In this document: positions 29,521 through 39,113 of the stretch, in pieces
Layout: every line of letters starts with the position of its first letter
Numbering within the stretch: the first letter of the stretch is position 1
From: Candidatus Omnitrophota bacterium
GTDB taxonomy: Bacteria; Omnitrophota; Gorgyraeia; Duberdicusellales; 4484-171
DNA length: 64,000 bases
Direction: 5' to 3'
Assembly (NCBI GenBank): GCA_041652815.1
Contig: JBAZGN010000001.1
Coordinates: 701,855-765,854, forward strand
Position numbers and translations under genes: made by a program
The notes under the pieces: generated by a model
Seen by the model: the letters and a program-made list of their open reading frames with translations, nothing else
What the model was told of the DNA's origin: nothing
Databases searched by the model: none

Positions 29521-30615
29521 ATGGAACCAAAGAAAACGCCTTTATATCAAAAACACGTCGAAAACAACGCTCACATTGTAGATTTTTCCGGTTGGGCCCT
29601 GCCTATAGAATACTCAAGTATTTTAAAGGAAACAAAAGCGGTGCGTTTATCTTGCGGACTTTTTGATGCCTCGCATATGGGCGAGATAATTATAAGAGGA
29701 ACCAGCGCGTTAGATTTTCTTCAAGCACTTACCCCTAACGATATTTCCAAAACCAATTCAGGGCAACTTCAGTATAACGTCTTTTTGAATGAAAAAGCAG
29801 GCATAATCGATGACCTTATGGTTTATAATTTGGGGAATAGTTTTTTGTGCGTAGTCAACGCTTCCAATATAAATAAAGTATACACATGGCTTTGTAGGGC
29901 CAGGCTGGAAGCAAAATATGTTAAGGCAGACAATGTGGAGATTGTTGATGAAAGCCCTGAAATTTCTCTTCTTTCTTTGCAGGGGCCCAAAAGCGTAAAA
30001 GTTATAAGTGAAATCTTTGGCCAAGATATAAATAGTCTCAAATATATGCATTTTGTGCAGCTAAATTTTGAAAATAAAAATATTATTGTATCAAGGAGCG
30101 GCTATACCGGAGAAGATGGGTTTGAGCTGTATTGCCCTAATTGCGTAGCACCTGCCTTGTGGGATGTTATATTAGAGAAAGGAAAATCCCACGATTTATG
30201 TTTATGCGGCTTGGGCGCACGCGATGTTTTGCGTATAGAGGCGGGTTATCCTTTATACGGCCACGAAATAAACGATAACACAAATCCGCTTGAAGCTTCC
30301 TTAAACTGGGTAGTTAAGTTTAAAAAAGATTTTATTGCCAAAGATAAACTTGAAAACGCAGAAATTACCCGTATGCGCGTAGGTTTTGTTATGAATGATA
30401 GAGCTATTGCGCGGCAAGGCTACAGCGTGTATAGTAATGATAAAATAATCGGCCAGGTAACAAGCGGCACATTTTCTCCAAATCTGGATAAATTCATAGG
30501 TATGGCTTACGTAGAAAAAGAATTTGGTAAAATCGGCACTTCCCTAGAAATAAAAATAAGAGATAAATTTTATAAAGCACAAGTGGCGAATTTTAATTTC
30601 ATTAAACACAGATGA
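29521..30615 (+). CDS. gcvT: Glycine cleavage system T protein (aminomethyltransferase)
   Basis: TPLYQKHVENNAHIVDFSGWALPIEY ... GYTGEDGFEL. Confidence 0.9.
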   Translation: MEPKKTPLYQKHVENNAHIVDFSGWALPIEYSSILKETKAVRLSCGLFDASHMGEIIIRGTSALDFLQALTPNDISKTNSGQLQYNVFLNEKAGIIDDLMVYNLGNSFLCVVNASNINKVYTWLCRARLEAKYVKADNVEIVDESPEISLLSLQGPKSVKVISEIFGQDINSLKYMHFVQLNFENKNIIVSRSGYTGEDGFELYCPNCVAPALWDVILEKGKSHDLCLCGLGARDVLRIEAGYPLYGHEINDNTNPLEASLNWVVKFKKDFIAKDKLENAEITRMRVGFVMNDRAIARQGYSVYSNDKIIGQVTSGTFSPNLDKFIGMAYVEKEFGKIGTSLEIKIRDKFYKAQVANFNFIKHR

Positions 30616-30849
30616 TCACAGACAGCAGACGCAGATGGCCGCAGATGATTTAAAATCACAAATTACAATGTACAAATCACAAACAAATTACAATTCCAAA
30701 ATTACAATAAACAAATGTTTTCATGTTTGTAATTTAAAAATTGTTTATTGTCTATTGTTTGTAATTTGTAGATTGTGTATTGTGATTTAAAATCTGTGCT
30801 CATCCGTTCCAAAATCTGTGTTAATCTGTGTCTAAAAGAGGAGGCAGAA
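30601..30849. repeat. Composite intergenic palindrome: CAGATG tandem arms plus a long AT-rich hairpin core (family 1, ACAAAT/ATTTGT words)
   Basis: cacagatgatcacagacagcagacgcagatggccgcagatgatt ... core centred near 30722 ... aaaatctgtgctcatccgttccaaaatctgtgttaatctgtg; 24-nt identity tacaaatcacaaacaaattacaat with 34303-34447. Confidence 0.65.
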
Positions 30850-31230
30850 ATGAGTATTTTGAAGTTCTCTAAAACTCATGAATGGGCAAAAATAGATAAA
30901 GATACCGCACTGATAGGGATAAGCGAGTATGCGCAAAAATCTCTTGGAGATATAGTTTTTATAGAGTTACCTAAAGTTAAAGATAAACTGAAACAGGCGG
31001 CGCAATTCGGTACCATAGAGTCAACCAAAGCGGCAAGTGAGCTTTATTCTCCTCTAAGCGGGGAAGTGCTTGAGATAAATAAAGATTTAATAAATAACCC
31101 TCAATGGGTTAATGAATCCCCGCAAGATAAAGGCTGGATGGTCAAAATTAAAATAGGAAATAACAACGAATTGAGCAATCTTATGGATGAAGCTATGTAT
31201 AAAGATTTTGTTGCAAAAGAAGCCCATTAA
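30850..31230 (+). CDS. gcvH: Glycine cleavage system H protein
   Basis: MSILKFSKTHEWAKIDKDTALIGISEYAQ..IESTKAASELYSPLSGEV; ATG 30850 after aagaggagg. Confidence 0.9.
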   Translation: MSILKFSKTHEWAKIDKDTALIGISEYAQKSLGDIVFIELPKVKDKLKQAAQFGTIESTKAASELYSPLSGEVLEINKDLINNPQWVNESPQDKGWMVKIKIGNNNELSNLMDEAMYKDFVAKEAH

Positions 31231-31376
31231 AATGATAAACTCTAAATTCGAAACCCTAAACTCTAAACAAACTCAAAATCCAAAAGCTATAAGCCCAAAA
31301 GTTTTTTACTTTTATATTTGTTTAGGATTTAGAGTTTAGTGTTTAGAGTTTATTTTTCTGTTTATAGTCTAAAAAT
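31231..31376. repeat. Long imperfect palindrome (family 2, CTAAAC/GTTTAG words)
   Basis: gaaaccctaaactctaaacaaactc ... ggatttagagtttagtgtttagag; near-identical 25-nt segment at 32727. Confidence 0.6.
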
Positions 31377-32714
31377 ATGCCTTACATTCTTAATACCGAA
31401 AATGATATCAAGGAGATGCTTCGCGTGGTAGGCGTGGCAAGCCTGGATGATTTATATAAACACTTGCCTTCTCAAATCAGGCTTAAGAATGAACTTAATA
31501 TCTCATCCGGCCTTAGCGAATACGAGCTAAAACAGTTCGTTACAAGCCTTGCAGCTAAAAATAAAACCATAAACAGTTTTAACTCATTTCTAGGGGCAGG
31601 GTTGTACGATCATTATATACCGTCTGCATTAAAACCACTAATTTCCCGCGCCGAATTTTTAACCGCTTACACTCCTTATCAGGCTGAATGTTCGCAAGGC
31701 ATACTTCAGGCAATCTATGAATATCAAAGTTATATTTGCCTGTTAACAGGTATGGATGTTTCAAACGCTTCTTTGTTTGACGGTGCAAGCAGTTTGGCTG
31801 AATGTGTGCTTATGTCTTTAAGAATAACCAAGAGAAATAAAGTTGTATTATCTTCTTCAATTAATCCGGAATATAAAAAGACACTTTATACATACTTAAG
31901 CGGCTTCAACTTTAAAATACAGGAAATTGATTTTGACACGGAAGGCTTCACGGATACAACTGCGCTAAAATCGGTTATAGATGAAAATACAGCTTGTTTT
32001 GCTTTGCAAAGCCCGAATTTTTTCGGACTTATCGAAGATACAGAAAAATTTTCCTCTTTAGTCAAAGAAAAAGGCATATTGACAATTCTTGTTACAAATC
32101 CACTTAGTTTGAGTTTGCTAAAAGAGCCGGCCTATCAAGGTGTAGATATTGTTTGCGGTGATGGCCAGGTGTTAGGTGGCAGCCTAAGCTTAGGGGGGCC
32201 TAGTTTTGGCTTTGTTGCAACAAAGAATGAATATCTTCGTCAGCTGCCGGGCCGGCTCGTGGGTAAGACCGTAGACCGTGAAAATAAAATTGCTTATTGC
32301 CTTACTCTACAGGCGAGAGAGCAGCACATAAAAAGAGAAAAAGCAACCAGCAATATCTGTTCCAATCAATCGCTTAACGCAATTCAATCAGCAATTTATT
32401 TATCGTTGATGGGCAAAGATGGGATACGGAAATGTGCAGTGTATTCACTTAATCTATCTCATTATCTTTACGGGAAGCTCGCAGAGATTAAGGGTGTTAA
32501 GCTAAATTTTTCGCAGCATTTTTTTAATGAATTTATCTGGCAGATAGATGATGCAAAGAGTGTATTAAAAAAACTATATAAGAAAAAAATAATTGCCGGT
32601 TTAGGCGTTGGCAGTTTCTACCCTAAACTTAAAAATGGAATATTAAGCTGCTGCACAGAGATAAAGGCGAAAGAACAAATAGATGAGTTTATAGAAGTAT
32701 TAAAAGGTATATGA
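31377..32714 (+). CDS. gcvPA: Glycine dehydrogenase (decarboxylating) subunit 1
   Basis: 445 aa; TPYQAECSQGILQAIYEYQSYICLLTGMDVSNASLFDGASSLAE. Confidence 0.9.
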   Translation: MPYILNTENDIKEMLRVVGVASLDDLYKHLPSQIRLKNELNISSGLSEYELKQFVTSLAAKNKTINSFNSFLGAGLYDHYIPSALKPLISRAEFLTAYTPYQAECSQGILQAIYEYQSYICLLTGMDVSNASLFDGASSLAECVLMSLRITKRNKVVLSSSINPEYKKTLYTYLSGFNFKIQEIDFDTEGFTDTTALKSVIDENTACFALQSPNFFGLIEDTEKFSSLVKEKGILTILVTNPLSLSLLKEPAYQGVDIVCGDGQVLGGSLSLGGPSFGFVATKNEYLRQLPGRLVGKTVDRENKIAYCLTLQAREQHIKREKATSNICSNQSLNAIQSAIYLSLMGKDGIRKCAVYSLNLSHYLYGKLAEIKGVKLNFSQHFFNEFIWQIDDAKSVLKKLYKKKIIAGLGVGSFYPKLKNGILSCCTEIKAKEQIDEFIEVLKGI

Positions 32715-32853
32715 TAAATCCTAAACCCGAAACCCTAAACTCTAAACAAACTCGAAACTCTAATGTTTCAAACTCTAAACGTTTAGAGTTTATAGTTTCG
32801 TGTTTGTGGTTTGTCTAGAGTTTCGAGTTTAGTGTTTAGATTTTAAAAAAATT
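32715..32853. repeat. Long imperfect palindrome (family 2 copy), perfect centre aaactctaaacgtttagagttt
   Basis: seen directly. Confidence 0.6.
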
Positions 32854-34302
32854 ATGGACAACAGACTAATTTTTGAGAAAAGCGATTCCGGGATAACGGC
32901 AAATTACGTTAAAAAGCCAGAAATTGGGCTGAAAGAGCCGAAGGAGATATTACCGGCAAACTACCTGCGTAATGATTTAGAGCTTCCTTCATTGGGTGAG
33001 CTTGAAGTGGTCAGGCATTATACTAATTTATCAAAACGTAATTTTTCGTTGGATACCAACTTTTATCCGCTTGGTTCCTGCACAATGAAATACAATCCAA
33101 AGATAAATGAAGAACTGTCCAGCCTTGAAGGCTTTCTTAACCTGCATCCATACCAAAACGAAGAATGTTTACAAGGTGCATTAGAGCTTATTTATAATCT
33201 TGAAGCCCTTCTTTGTGAAATAACCGGGATGTCGCGGTTTAGCTTCCAGGCGTCAAGCGGAGCGCAGGGAGAGCTTACCGGAATGCTTATGGTTAGGAAA
33301 TATCACAAGGTAATGAAGAATAAAAAAAGAAAAGTTATAATACCGGATTCTTCTCACGGCACAAACCCGGCGACCAGCTCGATGTGCGGATATGAAACCG
33401 TGGTTATAGAAAGCAATAAAGATGGATTAATAGATTTGGATAAATTAAATAAAGCTGTAGATAGCGAAACAGCAGCTATTATGCTTACTAACCCTAATAC
33501 CTTAGGGCTGTTCGAAGAAAATATTTTAGAAGTTGCCAAAATTATTCATAAAAACGGCGGGCTTCTTTACTATGACGGTGCAAATTTTAATCCGCTTCTT
33601 GGAATAACTAACCCACAGCTAATGGGTTTTGACGTAATACATCTTAACTTGCATAAAACTTTTTCTACACCGCATGGTTGCGGCGGCCCAGGCGCAGGCG
33701 CAGTTGGTGTGATAGATAAGCTTTCAGGCTTTTTACCGGCGCCTGTAATTGACAAAAAGAAAGATAAATTTTATTTTAATTATAAAATAGAACACTCAAT
33801 CGGCAAGGTCAGGGCGTTCCACGGAAATTTTTCCGTATTAGTCAGGGCTTACGCGTACCTGCTTAGGCTTGGCAGAGAAGGCCTGGTGCGAGTTGCTCAA
33901 AATGCAACGCTAAATGCAAATTATATAAGAGAAAAATTAAAAAATGATTATAATCTAGCTTCAAGCAAGCCTTCTATGCATGAAGTAGTTTTTTCCTGTA
34001 CGAAACAAAAAGAAAAAGGCGCCTCTGCTTTGGATATAGCAAAAAGACTGATTGATTATGGTATGCATCCGCCGACAATGTATTTTCCATTAATTGTAAA
34101 AGAGGCATTAATGGTTGAGCCTACCGAAACAGAAAGCAGAAAAACTTTGGATTATTTTATAGAGAGTATGCTTAAAATCAATAAAGAAATAGACGAAAAT
34201 AAAGAAATACTGCACAATGCACCTTCCACAACCGCTGTAAAAAGAGTAGATGAAGTAAGGGCCGCCAGAAATCCTAACTTGAGATGGACTAAAGAGAAAT
34301 AA
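32854..34302 (+). CDS. gcvPB: Glycine dehydrogenase (decarboxylating) subunit 2 (PLP-binding)
   Basis: 482 aa; YPLGSCTMKYNP, HLNLHKTFSTPHGCGGPGAG. Confidence 0.9.
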   Translation: MDNRLIFEKSDSGITANYVKKPEIGLKEPKEILPANYLRNDLELPSLGELEVVRHYTNLSKRNFSLDTNFYPLGSCTMKYNPKINEELSSLEGFLNLHPYQNEECLQGALELIYNLEALLCEITGMSRFSFQASSGAQGELTGMLMVRKYHKVMKNKKRKVIIPDSSHGTNPATSSMCGYETVVIESNKDGLIDLDKLNKAVDSETAAIMLTNPNTLGLFEENILEVAKIIHKNGGLLYYDGANFNPLLGITNPQLMGFDVIHLNLHKTFSTPHGCGGPGAGAVGVIDKLSGFLPAPVIDKKKDKFYFNYKIEHSIGKVRAFHGNFSVLVRAYAYLLRLGREGLVRVAQNATLNANYIREKLKNDYNLASSKPSMHEVVFSCTKQKEKGASALDIAKRLIDYGMHPPTMYFPLIVKEALMVEPTETESRKTLDYFIESMLKINKEIDENKEILHNAPSTTAVKRVDEVRAARNPNLRWTKEK

Positions 34303-34447
34303 AATTCCAAATCACAATATACAAATCACAAACAAATTACAATAAACAATGGCCAAAATTACAAACAGAAAAATATCTTTTGGTAATTGTTATTTTGAAA
34401 TTGTTTATTGTTTGTAATTTGTGTATTGGAACCTGTAATTTTTCAAA
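34303..34447. repeat. Long AT-rich hairpin (family 1 copy)
   Basis: ccaaatcacaatatacaaatcacaaacaaattacaataaacaat ... aaattgtttattgtttgtaatttgtgtattgg. Confidence 0.6.
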
Positions 34448-35266
34448 ATGAACACCAAATGGCGTTTAATTTTAGACGATAAGTGTAACGGCTATTACAA
34501 TATGGCGGTGGATGAGGCAATCCTTTATTTCTACCCTGAATTTAAAGTACCCACACTTAGAATTTACGGCTGGCACGAGCCGTTTATTTCCATAGGCTAC
34601 AACCAAGATGCCCCCGGCGTATTAAAACCAAAAATAAATATTCCATTCGTACGAAGGTTAACCGGCGGAGCAGCTATTTTACATAACAGAGAAATTACCT
34701 ATAGCATAACTTGTTCTTTGGCTGATTTGAATTTACCTTGCGAAGTAAAAAAGTCATATGAAGTGCTTAATTCTTTCATCAAAGAGTTCTACAGAAAATT
34801 GGGCTTTAAGGCAGAATTTGTAAAAGATGCATTTCCTGAACGATTAGAGAGGCGTGAAAATTTTTGTTATACTTCCTGTGAATATTTCGATTTCGTGATA
34901 AACGGTAAAAAAATAGGAGGCAATGCTCAGAGGCGAAGGAAAAATTTGATTTTTCAGCACGGAAGCATACCGCAAGAGCTCGATTTTACGTTAATAGAGG
35001 ATTCGATAAATAATACCGAACAGCTATGCCTAAAAACCACTTTTCTTGATGAGCTTCTACCGAATGGCCGGACTGATTTTCGGGAAATCGCCGATACTTT
35101 TTATAAAGCTTTCGAAAGCGTTTTCGATATTAAGTTTGACCCTGGAAGGCTTTCGGCAAAAGAAAGGCAGCATTCTTATTGCCTTATGGAGACAAAATAT
35201 ACGACTAAAGATTGGAATTTAAAGAAAATTCATAAGCTAAGGATTCTTGATGAAATTAGCAGCTAA
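34448..35266 (+). CDS. Lipoate-protein ligase / octanoyltransferase family protein (LplA/LipM-like BPL_LplA_LipB domain)
   Basis: NMAVDEAILY, RRLTGGAAILHN, GGNAQRRRKN. Confidence 0.75.
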   Translation: MNTKWRLILDDKCNGYYNMAVDEAILYFYPEFKVPTLRIYGWHEPFISIGYNQDAPGVLKPKINIPFVRRLTGGAAILHNREITYSITCSLADLNLPCEVKKSYEVLNSFIKEFYRKLGFKAEFVKDAFPERLERRENFCYTSCEYFDFVINGKKIGGNAQRRRKNLIFQHGSIPQELDFTLIEDSINNTEQLCLKTTFLDELLPNGRTDFREIADTFYKAFESVFDIKFDPGRLSAKERQHSYCLMETKYTTKDWNLKKIHKLRILDEISS

Positions 35267-35334
35267 TTATCCAAAAAATACGAATAATTGGGCATAATCT
35301 GTGTTGCCTTTTAAGCCTCAAATAAAGAAAATGC

Positions 35335-35363
35335 TTGATATTGCTATCTAAAAATGGTATATT
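35335..35363 (+). promoter_or_regulatory. Promoter for the minor-pilin cluster (TTGATA-17-TGgTATATT)
   Basis: ttgata 35335-35340, tggtatatt 35355-35363. Confidence 0.45.
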
Positions 35364-35390
35364 TTAAACACGGGAAAAAGGGGAGGGGTC

Positions 35391-35801
35391 ATTAACTTCA
35401 GAAAAACCTCATTTACGCTTTTAGAGATAATTGTGGTGATTATCATTATCGCCATACTTTATTCTATCACAGTTCCAACCTACGGAAAATTGATGGAAAA
35501 AAACAAAGCCGAAGCCGCAAACTTCAATTTGATTTCAATCTATAATGCAGAGAAACGATACAAATTGGACAATGAATCCAGCCAATATTTTACGTGCGGG
35601 GCAGTATGTGATTTGGCAGTACTAAATGACACTTTGAGTGTTTACATAAACGATAATAATTTTACATACGGCGTAGTGCCTGATGCAACTGGCGGTTTTA
35701 AGGCTACAGCGACACGGGTTGGAGGTAATTTATGTAATGGAAAAACAATGGCCGTAGTTGGAACGAATAGTGAAGTTATTAAAGGATGCCAAGCCTGGTG
35801 A
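35391..35801 (+). CDS. Prepilin-type N-terminal cleavage/methylation domain protein (pilin/pseudopilin), apparent non-canonical start
   Basis: in-frame upstream of ORF 35433: (I)NFRKTSFTLLEIIVVIIIIAIL is a class III signal peptide; no ATG/GTG/TTG in frame; GGAGG at 35382-35386 is 5 nt before ATT 35391. Confidence 0.5.
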   Translation: MNFRKTSFTLLEIIVVIIIIAILYSITVPTYGKLMEKNKAEAANFNLISIYNAEKRYKLDNESSQYFTCGAVCDLAVLNDTLSVYINDNNFTYGVVPDATGGFKATATRVGGNLCNGKTMAVVGTNSEVIKGCQAW

Positions 35802-35805
35802 TTGA

Positions 35806-37155
35806 ATGAAAAAAATATTATTAGCCTTATGTTTGCTTATAATATCTTTTGTATTATTTACATTTAGCCCAATTTTCGCCGAGAGCCCCAATAGATTGCT
35901 CAAATATCTTCCTCAGGATGAAGTGATCGAAAGCGTTAATAAAGAATATAATCCCCCTTTGAAAAAGTCAGGGATAAGCTGCCAGGCGGCCTTCAACGAA
36001 GCAAGCCGTTGTTTCTATTGCGTTAATACGTTAAAGACAAAATGCCCTAATTGTTGTTTAAAATTTTCACCACAAAGAGCAGTCCGTTGCACAAAGGAAG
36101 ATAGTGCTATTTATCAATGCAGCAACCTGGCTTTTTCTTCTGATAATTGTTCTACAGTTGCAAATTGCAAATGCCCCAGTACAGCTGAAGAATGCAACTC
36201 AATTTTGTATAACTGCCAGGATTGCCCTGATAAAACAGGCGTAATGACTTGTTCGAATATACCTAAATGCCAGCAAAAAGGCTGCCCCACCACCGAACCT
36301 CGGGCTTCTCTTGGCAGAAAATGTATACCCAAAAATAATAACTGGGTTTGCGAAGAGGATAAGCTACAGCCTAAGTTTGCCGGGTGCCCGGCAAATGTGG
36401 GTTTTGCCGGTTGTTCTACCTCGGCTTACTATACAATTACGCCGATTACAGAATGCCTTGGTTTAAGCTCTCCGCCGCCCAATGATTGTTATGAGTATGT
36501 TCCTACTAGCACATATGCAGGTTGTATTTCCAGTTGCTCTTCTTATGCAGATAAATGGGAAGAATGCACTAAGAGGGTTTATTGTTGTAACAAAAACGTA
36601 TGTGGTACCGGTTTTGAAAACAATTGTGAAATAGACAAGTGCACAGAAAGAGTTAATTGGGCTAGTTGTGATGGGCTTGCTTTATCTACCTGTATAACAT
36701 TGCAGCAGGAAGCTTTAGCCTGCCTTACTAATCCATCTCCGGGCAGTACCTGCTCTGGTTGTTTTGAGGAAATAGATACAAATTTATTTTATAAATTTGT
36801 AGCGCGCAGTCGGGAAGCTTTTGTTATCTTTTGGCAAGTTGCAGCTCTTACCGAATTTAGCGGCGTAATTGATGCAGCTGATATACCTACTTATTTTTTT
36901 ACTATGGTTAAAGTTATTGATAGCAAAGGTAACGAAGTGCATAGAAGCATAATGCATCAAAAAAGCTTTCAAGGGTCATTTTCTATATTCTCGGCAACTT
37001 CATTGGATAGTTCAGTCGTTAAGCAGGGAGAAACTTACACTGTAAGGCTATATTATTTTCTTCCTCAAAATCTTCAGATACCCGGTTTTCAAAACTTGAA
37101 TTTATCCGCTAGGATAAACAAAGCCGAATTGATTATCACAAGAACGAGGGATTAG
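35806..37155 (+). CDS. Secreted, extremely cysteine-rich protein of unknown function (~50 Cys in the first 330 residues, Cys-free beta-rich C-terminal domain)
   Basis: signal peptide MKKILLALCLLIISFVLFTFSPIFA; dense CxxC/CxC spacing; no family recognised. Confidence 0.6.
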   Translation: MKKILLALCLLIISFVLFTFSPIFAESPNRLLKYLPQDEVIESVNKEYNPPLKKSGISCQAAFNEASRCFYCVNTLKTKCPNCCLKFSPQRAVRCTKEDSAIYQCSNLAFSSDNCSTVANCKCPSTAEECNSILYNCQDCPDKTGVMTCSNIPKCQQKGCPTTEPRASLGRKCIPKNNNWVCEEDKLQPKFAGCPANVGFAGCSTSAYYTITPITECLGLSSPPPNDCYEYVPTSTYAGCISSCSSYADKWEECTKRVYCCNKNVCGTGFENNCEIDKCTERVNWASCDGLALSTCITLQQEALACLTNPSPGSTCSGCFEEIDTNLFYKFVARSREAFVIFWQVAALTEFSGVIDAADIPTYFFTMVKVIDSKGNEVHRSIMHQKSFQGSFSIFSATSLDSSVVKQGETYTVRLYYFLPQNLQIPGFQNLNLSARINKAELIITRTRD

Positions 37156-37185
37156 TATTTTAAAGAGGTTAGAAGGAGGTGGAAT

Positions 37186-38031
37186 ATGCGCATAGCGATA
37201 ATAAGCATCATTATTTTTACATGCACGGTGTTTGCAGGTGTTGCCGAAGAAGTACAAATGCCCCCAAATATCGGCCCGCAAATACGGCAAGTTACAGGTG
37301 AGAATACTGTATGCTTGGATGCAACCCGTTACCCTAAATTTTACAGTTATCAAAGCGATAACCCTACCTGTGGAGAATACTTGAAAAAAGAGTTTGATGC
37401 AGAGGCTATAACAGGCAGCCAGTCGAATAATGGTTTTAGTTTAGCACCGCTTTGGTTTAAGAGCAAATATAGCAAAAGCAAAAACACAAAACCGCCCCTT
37501 AACGCTAATCCTGGATATCAGGATATTCCCGGCCTATCCATAAATTATAGCCCGGAAGAAGCCTACAGAAAAACTGCCAATATTCTGATAACCTGGACAG
37601 TGCGCGTGGAAGCTTATAAGCATTGTGGTGTTAACAATAATCGTTGTGCATCATCCAGCAGTGGAAAATATTGTGACGGCGATGCGTATAAAATATGGCC
37701 TGATCTTTGTAACGTTTGGCATGGGACAAGTAATCAGAGATTCCCCGCAGGTGAGGTAAAAACTGCATTGTTTATAAATGGAGTGCGCAAGGGAACAGAA
37801 TCAATAATGACTATTCCCGATGGTGGAGTTACTTCCAGTTATCAGCCAAAAGACCCTACGCATACAGGCAGTTTCCTTCTTACTGCTGATAGTTTTCCCG
37901 AGGGAGTGCTTCCGCAATCTATAGATATCACAGTAAAGTGGTATAATGATACGTCAATGCAGATTAAAAGCCCTGCTAAAATGCGTAATTTGATTGTTAC
38001 GGTTGTTCCGCGTGAGAGAATAACGGAATGA
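37186..38031 (+). CDS. Secreted hypothetical protein in the pilin cluster
   Basis: signal peptide MRIAIISIIIFTCTVFAGVA; C-terminal NLIVTVVPRER resembles C-termini of the two neighbouring proteins. Confidence 0.5.
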   Translation: MRIAIISIIIFTCTVFAGVAEEVQMPPNIGPQIRQVTGENTVCLDATRYPKFYSYQSDNPTCGEYLKKEFDAEAITGSQSNNGFSLAPLWFKSKYSKSKNTKPPLNANPGYQDIPGLSINYSPEEAYRKTANILITWTVRVEAYKHCGVNNNRCASSSSGKYCDGDAYKIWPDLCNVWHGTSNQRFPAGEVKTALFINGVRKGTESIMTIPDGGVTSSYQPKDPTHTGSFLLTADSFPEGVLPQSIDITVKWYNDTSMQIKSPAKMRNLIVTVVPRERITE

Positions 38032-38040
38032 TAAGTTTAT

Positions 38041-38082
38041 AGGTTGATTCTGAGCCGCAAGTAATTAGCTTGCGGCTCATTT
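38041..38082 (+). terminator. Rho-independent terminator
   Basis: tgagccgcaag-taattag-cttgcggctca followed by ttttagatttttt. Confidence 0.7.
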
Positions 38083-38255
38083 TAGATTTTTTATCCGCCT
38101 TCGCTAAAGCTACGAAGGACGCCCTTCGAAGCCTTGGCGAAGTAGGGCGGATGTCACTATATAAGCGAGCCCAAAGCGAAGGCGGATAATCCTCCGAAGC
38201 TGAGGCTGTGGAGGATACATACAGGTGCCACTGGGATATTAGTTGGGTGTTCCAT

Positions 38256-39095
38256 ATGAAAAAGAAAAGTTCGTTTACGCTTCTTGAGATTATAATATCT
38301 ATAGTAATTATAGGTATTGGTTTAAGTACGATAATAGTCGTTTTTATGGGCGGAAGATTCATGCTTAAACAAGCAGAAAATAAATCACGCGCTACAAGCG
38401 TTGCCGCACAGAAATTAGAAGAATATTTAACAAAATCATTTGCAGGATTAGGCGGATTGGCGCAAACTACGCGAACTTACAGCAATGTTGATGCCGGTAG
38501 CGGTACAGGAGAGGTCCCTGTTGACTGGCGTGTGGATATAACTACTAAATGGGAAACCAACGCTTCTTTAGGCATACGGATTCCATATAAACTTATTGAG
38601 GTTACTGCTTCTTATAATGAAGAAGACCCTTCGGGCGCAATCCAAAGAAAAAATGTAAAACTCACAAATATCGTCCCTTACCCTTATATGCATACCCAAA
38701 CTTTAAAAATTGAGCCATCTCCTTCATCTGCGCCAATGGTTGCATCCGGCTCTTATAGGCCGATAACCGGTTTATCAATAAACTTTGATTATCCCGTAAA
38801 CAAAGATGTTATGGTTATATATAATATTGCTATACATATAGATGACGATTCAGGTATCACGCCTGTAGATACTATTTTTACCGGGTGTTTCTTGGATGGC
38901 AGAACAACCTCGGAAGGAACTGAAACCCGTACGCCCATAAGCATGCAGCCTTTTATAAGTAATGTACTTGCCCTTAATGGTGTCAGTGCCAATAGTAAAC
39001 ATACGATACAGATAAAATGGAGGAAGGATACGCCTCGTGGAAGTATCCGGCTTAAAGAAGCGAATTTGATAATAGTTTCAACGGAGAGGCAATAA
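38256..39095 (+). CDS. Large pseudopilin (prepilin-type N-terminus, 280 aa)
   Basis: MKKKSSFTLLEIIISIVIIGIGLSTIIVVF. Confidence 0.6.
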   Translation: MKKKSSFTLLEIIISIVIIGIGLSTIIVVFMGGRFMLKQAENKSRATSVAAQKLEEYLTKSFAGLGGLAQTTRTYSNVDAGSGTGEVPVDWRVDITTKWETNASLGIRIPYKLIEVTASYNEEDPSGAIQRKNVKLTNIVPYPYMHTQTLKIEPSPSSAPMVASGSYRPITGLSINFDYPVNKDVMVIYNIAIHIDDDSGITPVDTIFTGCFLDGRTTSEGTETRTPISMQPFISNVLALNGVSANSKHTIQIKWRKDTPRGSIRLKEANLIIVSTERQ

Positions 39096-39113
39096 AAGTA
39101 GTAAAATATTATA

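Noticed and set aside
30600-30850. Possible CRISPR array suggested by the repeated cagatgatc units
   Set aside because: Units are ~11 nt and degenerate, with no unique spacers of 25-40 nt. Arrangement is inverted rather than direct. No cas genes. It is an interspersed palindromic repeat, not CRISPR.
37997-38362. 121-aa minus-strand ORF across the pseudopilin leader region
   Set aside because: Covers GC-rich structured non-coding DNA and the 5' end of the pseudopilin gene in antisense. No start context.
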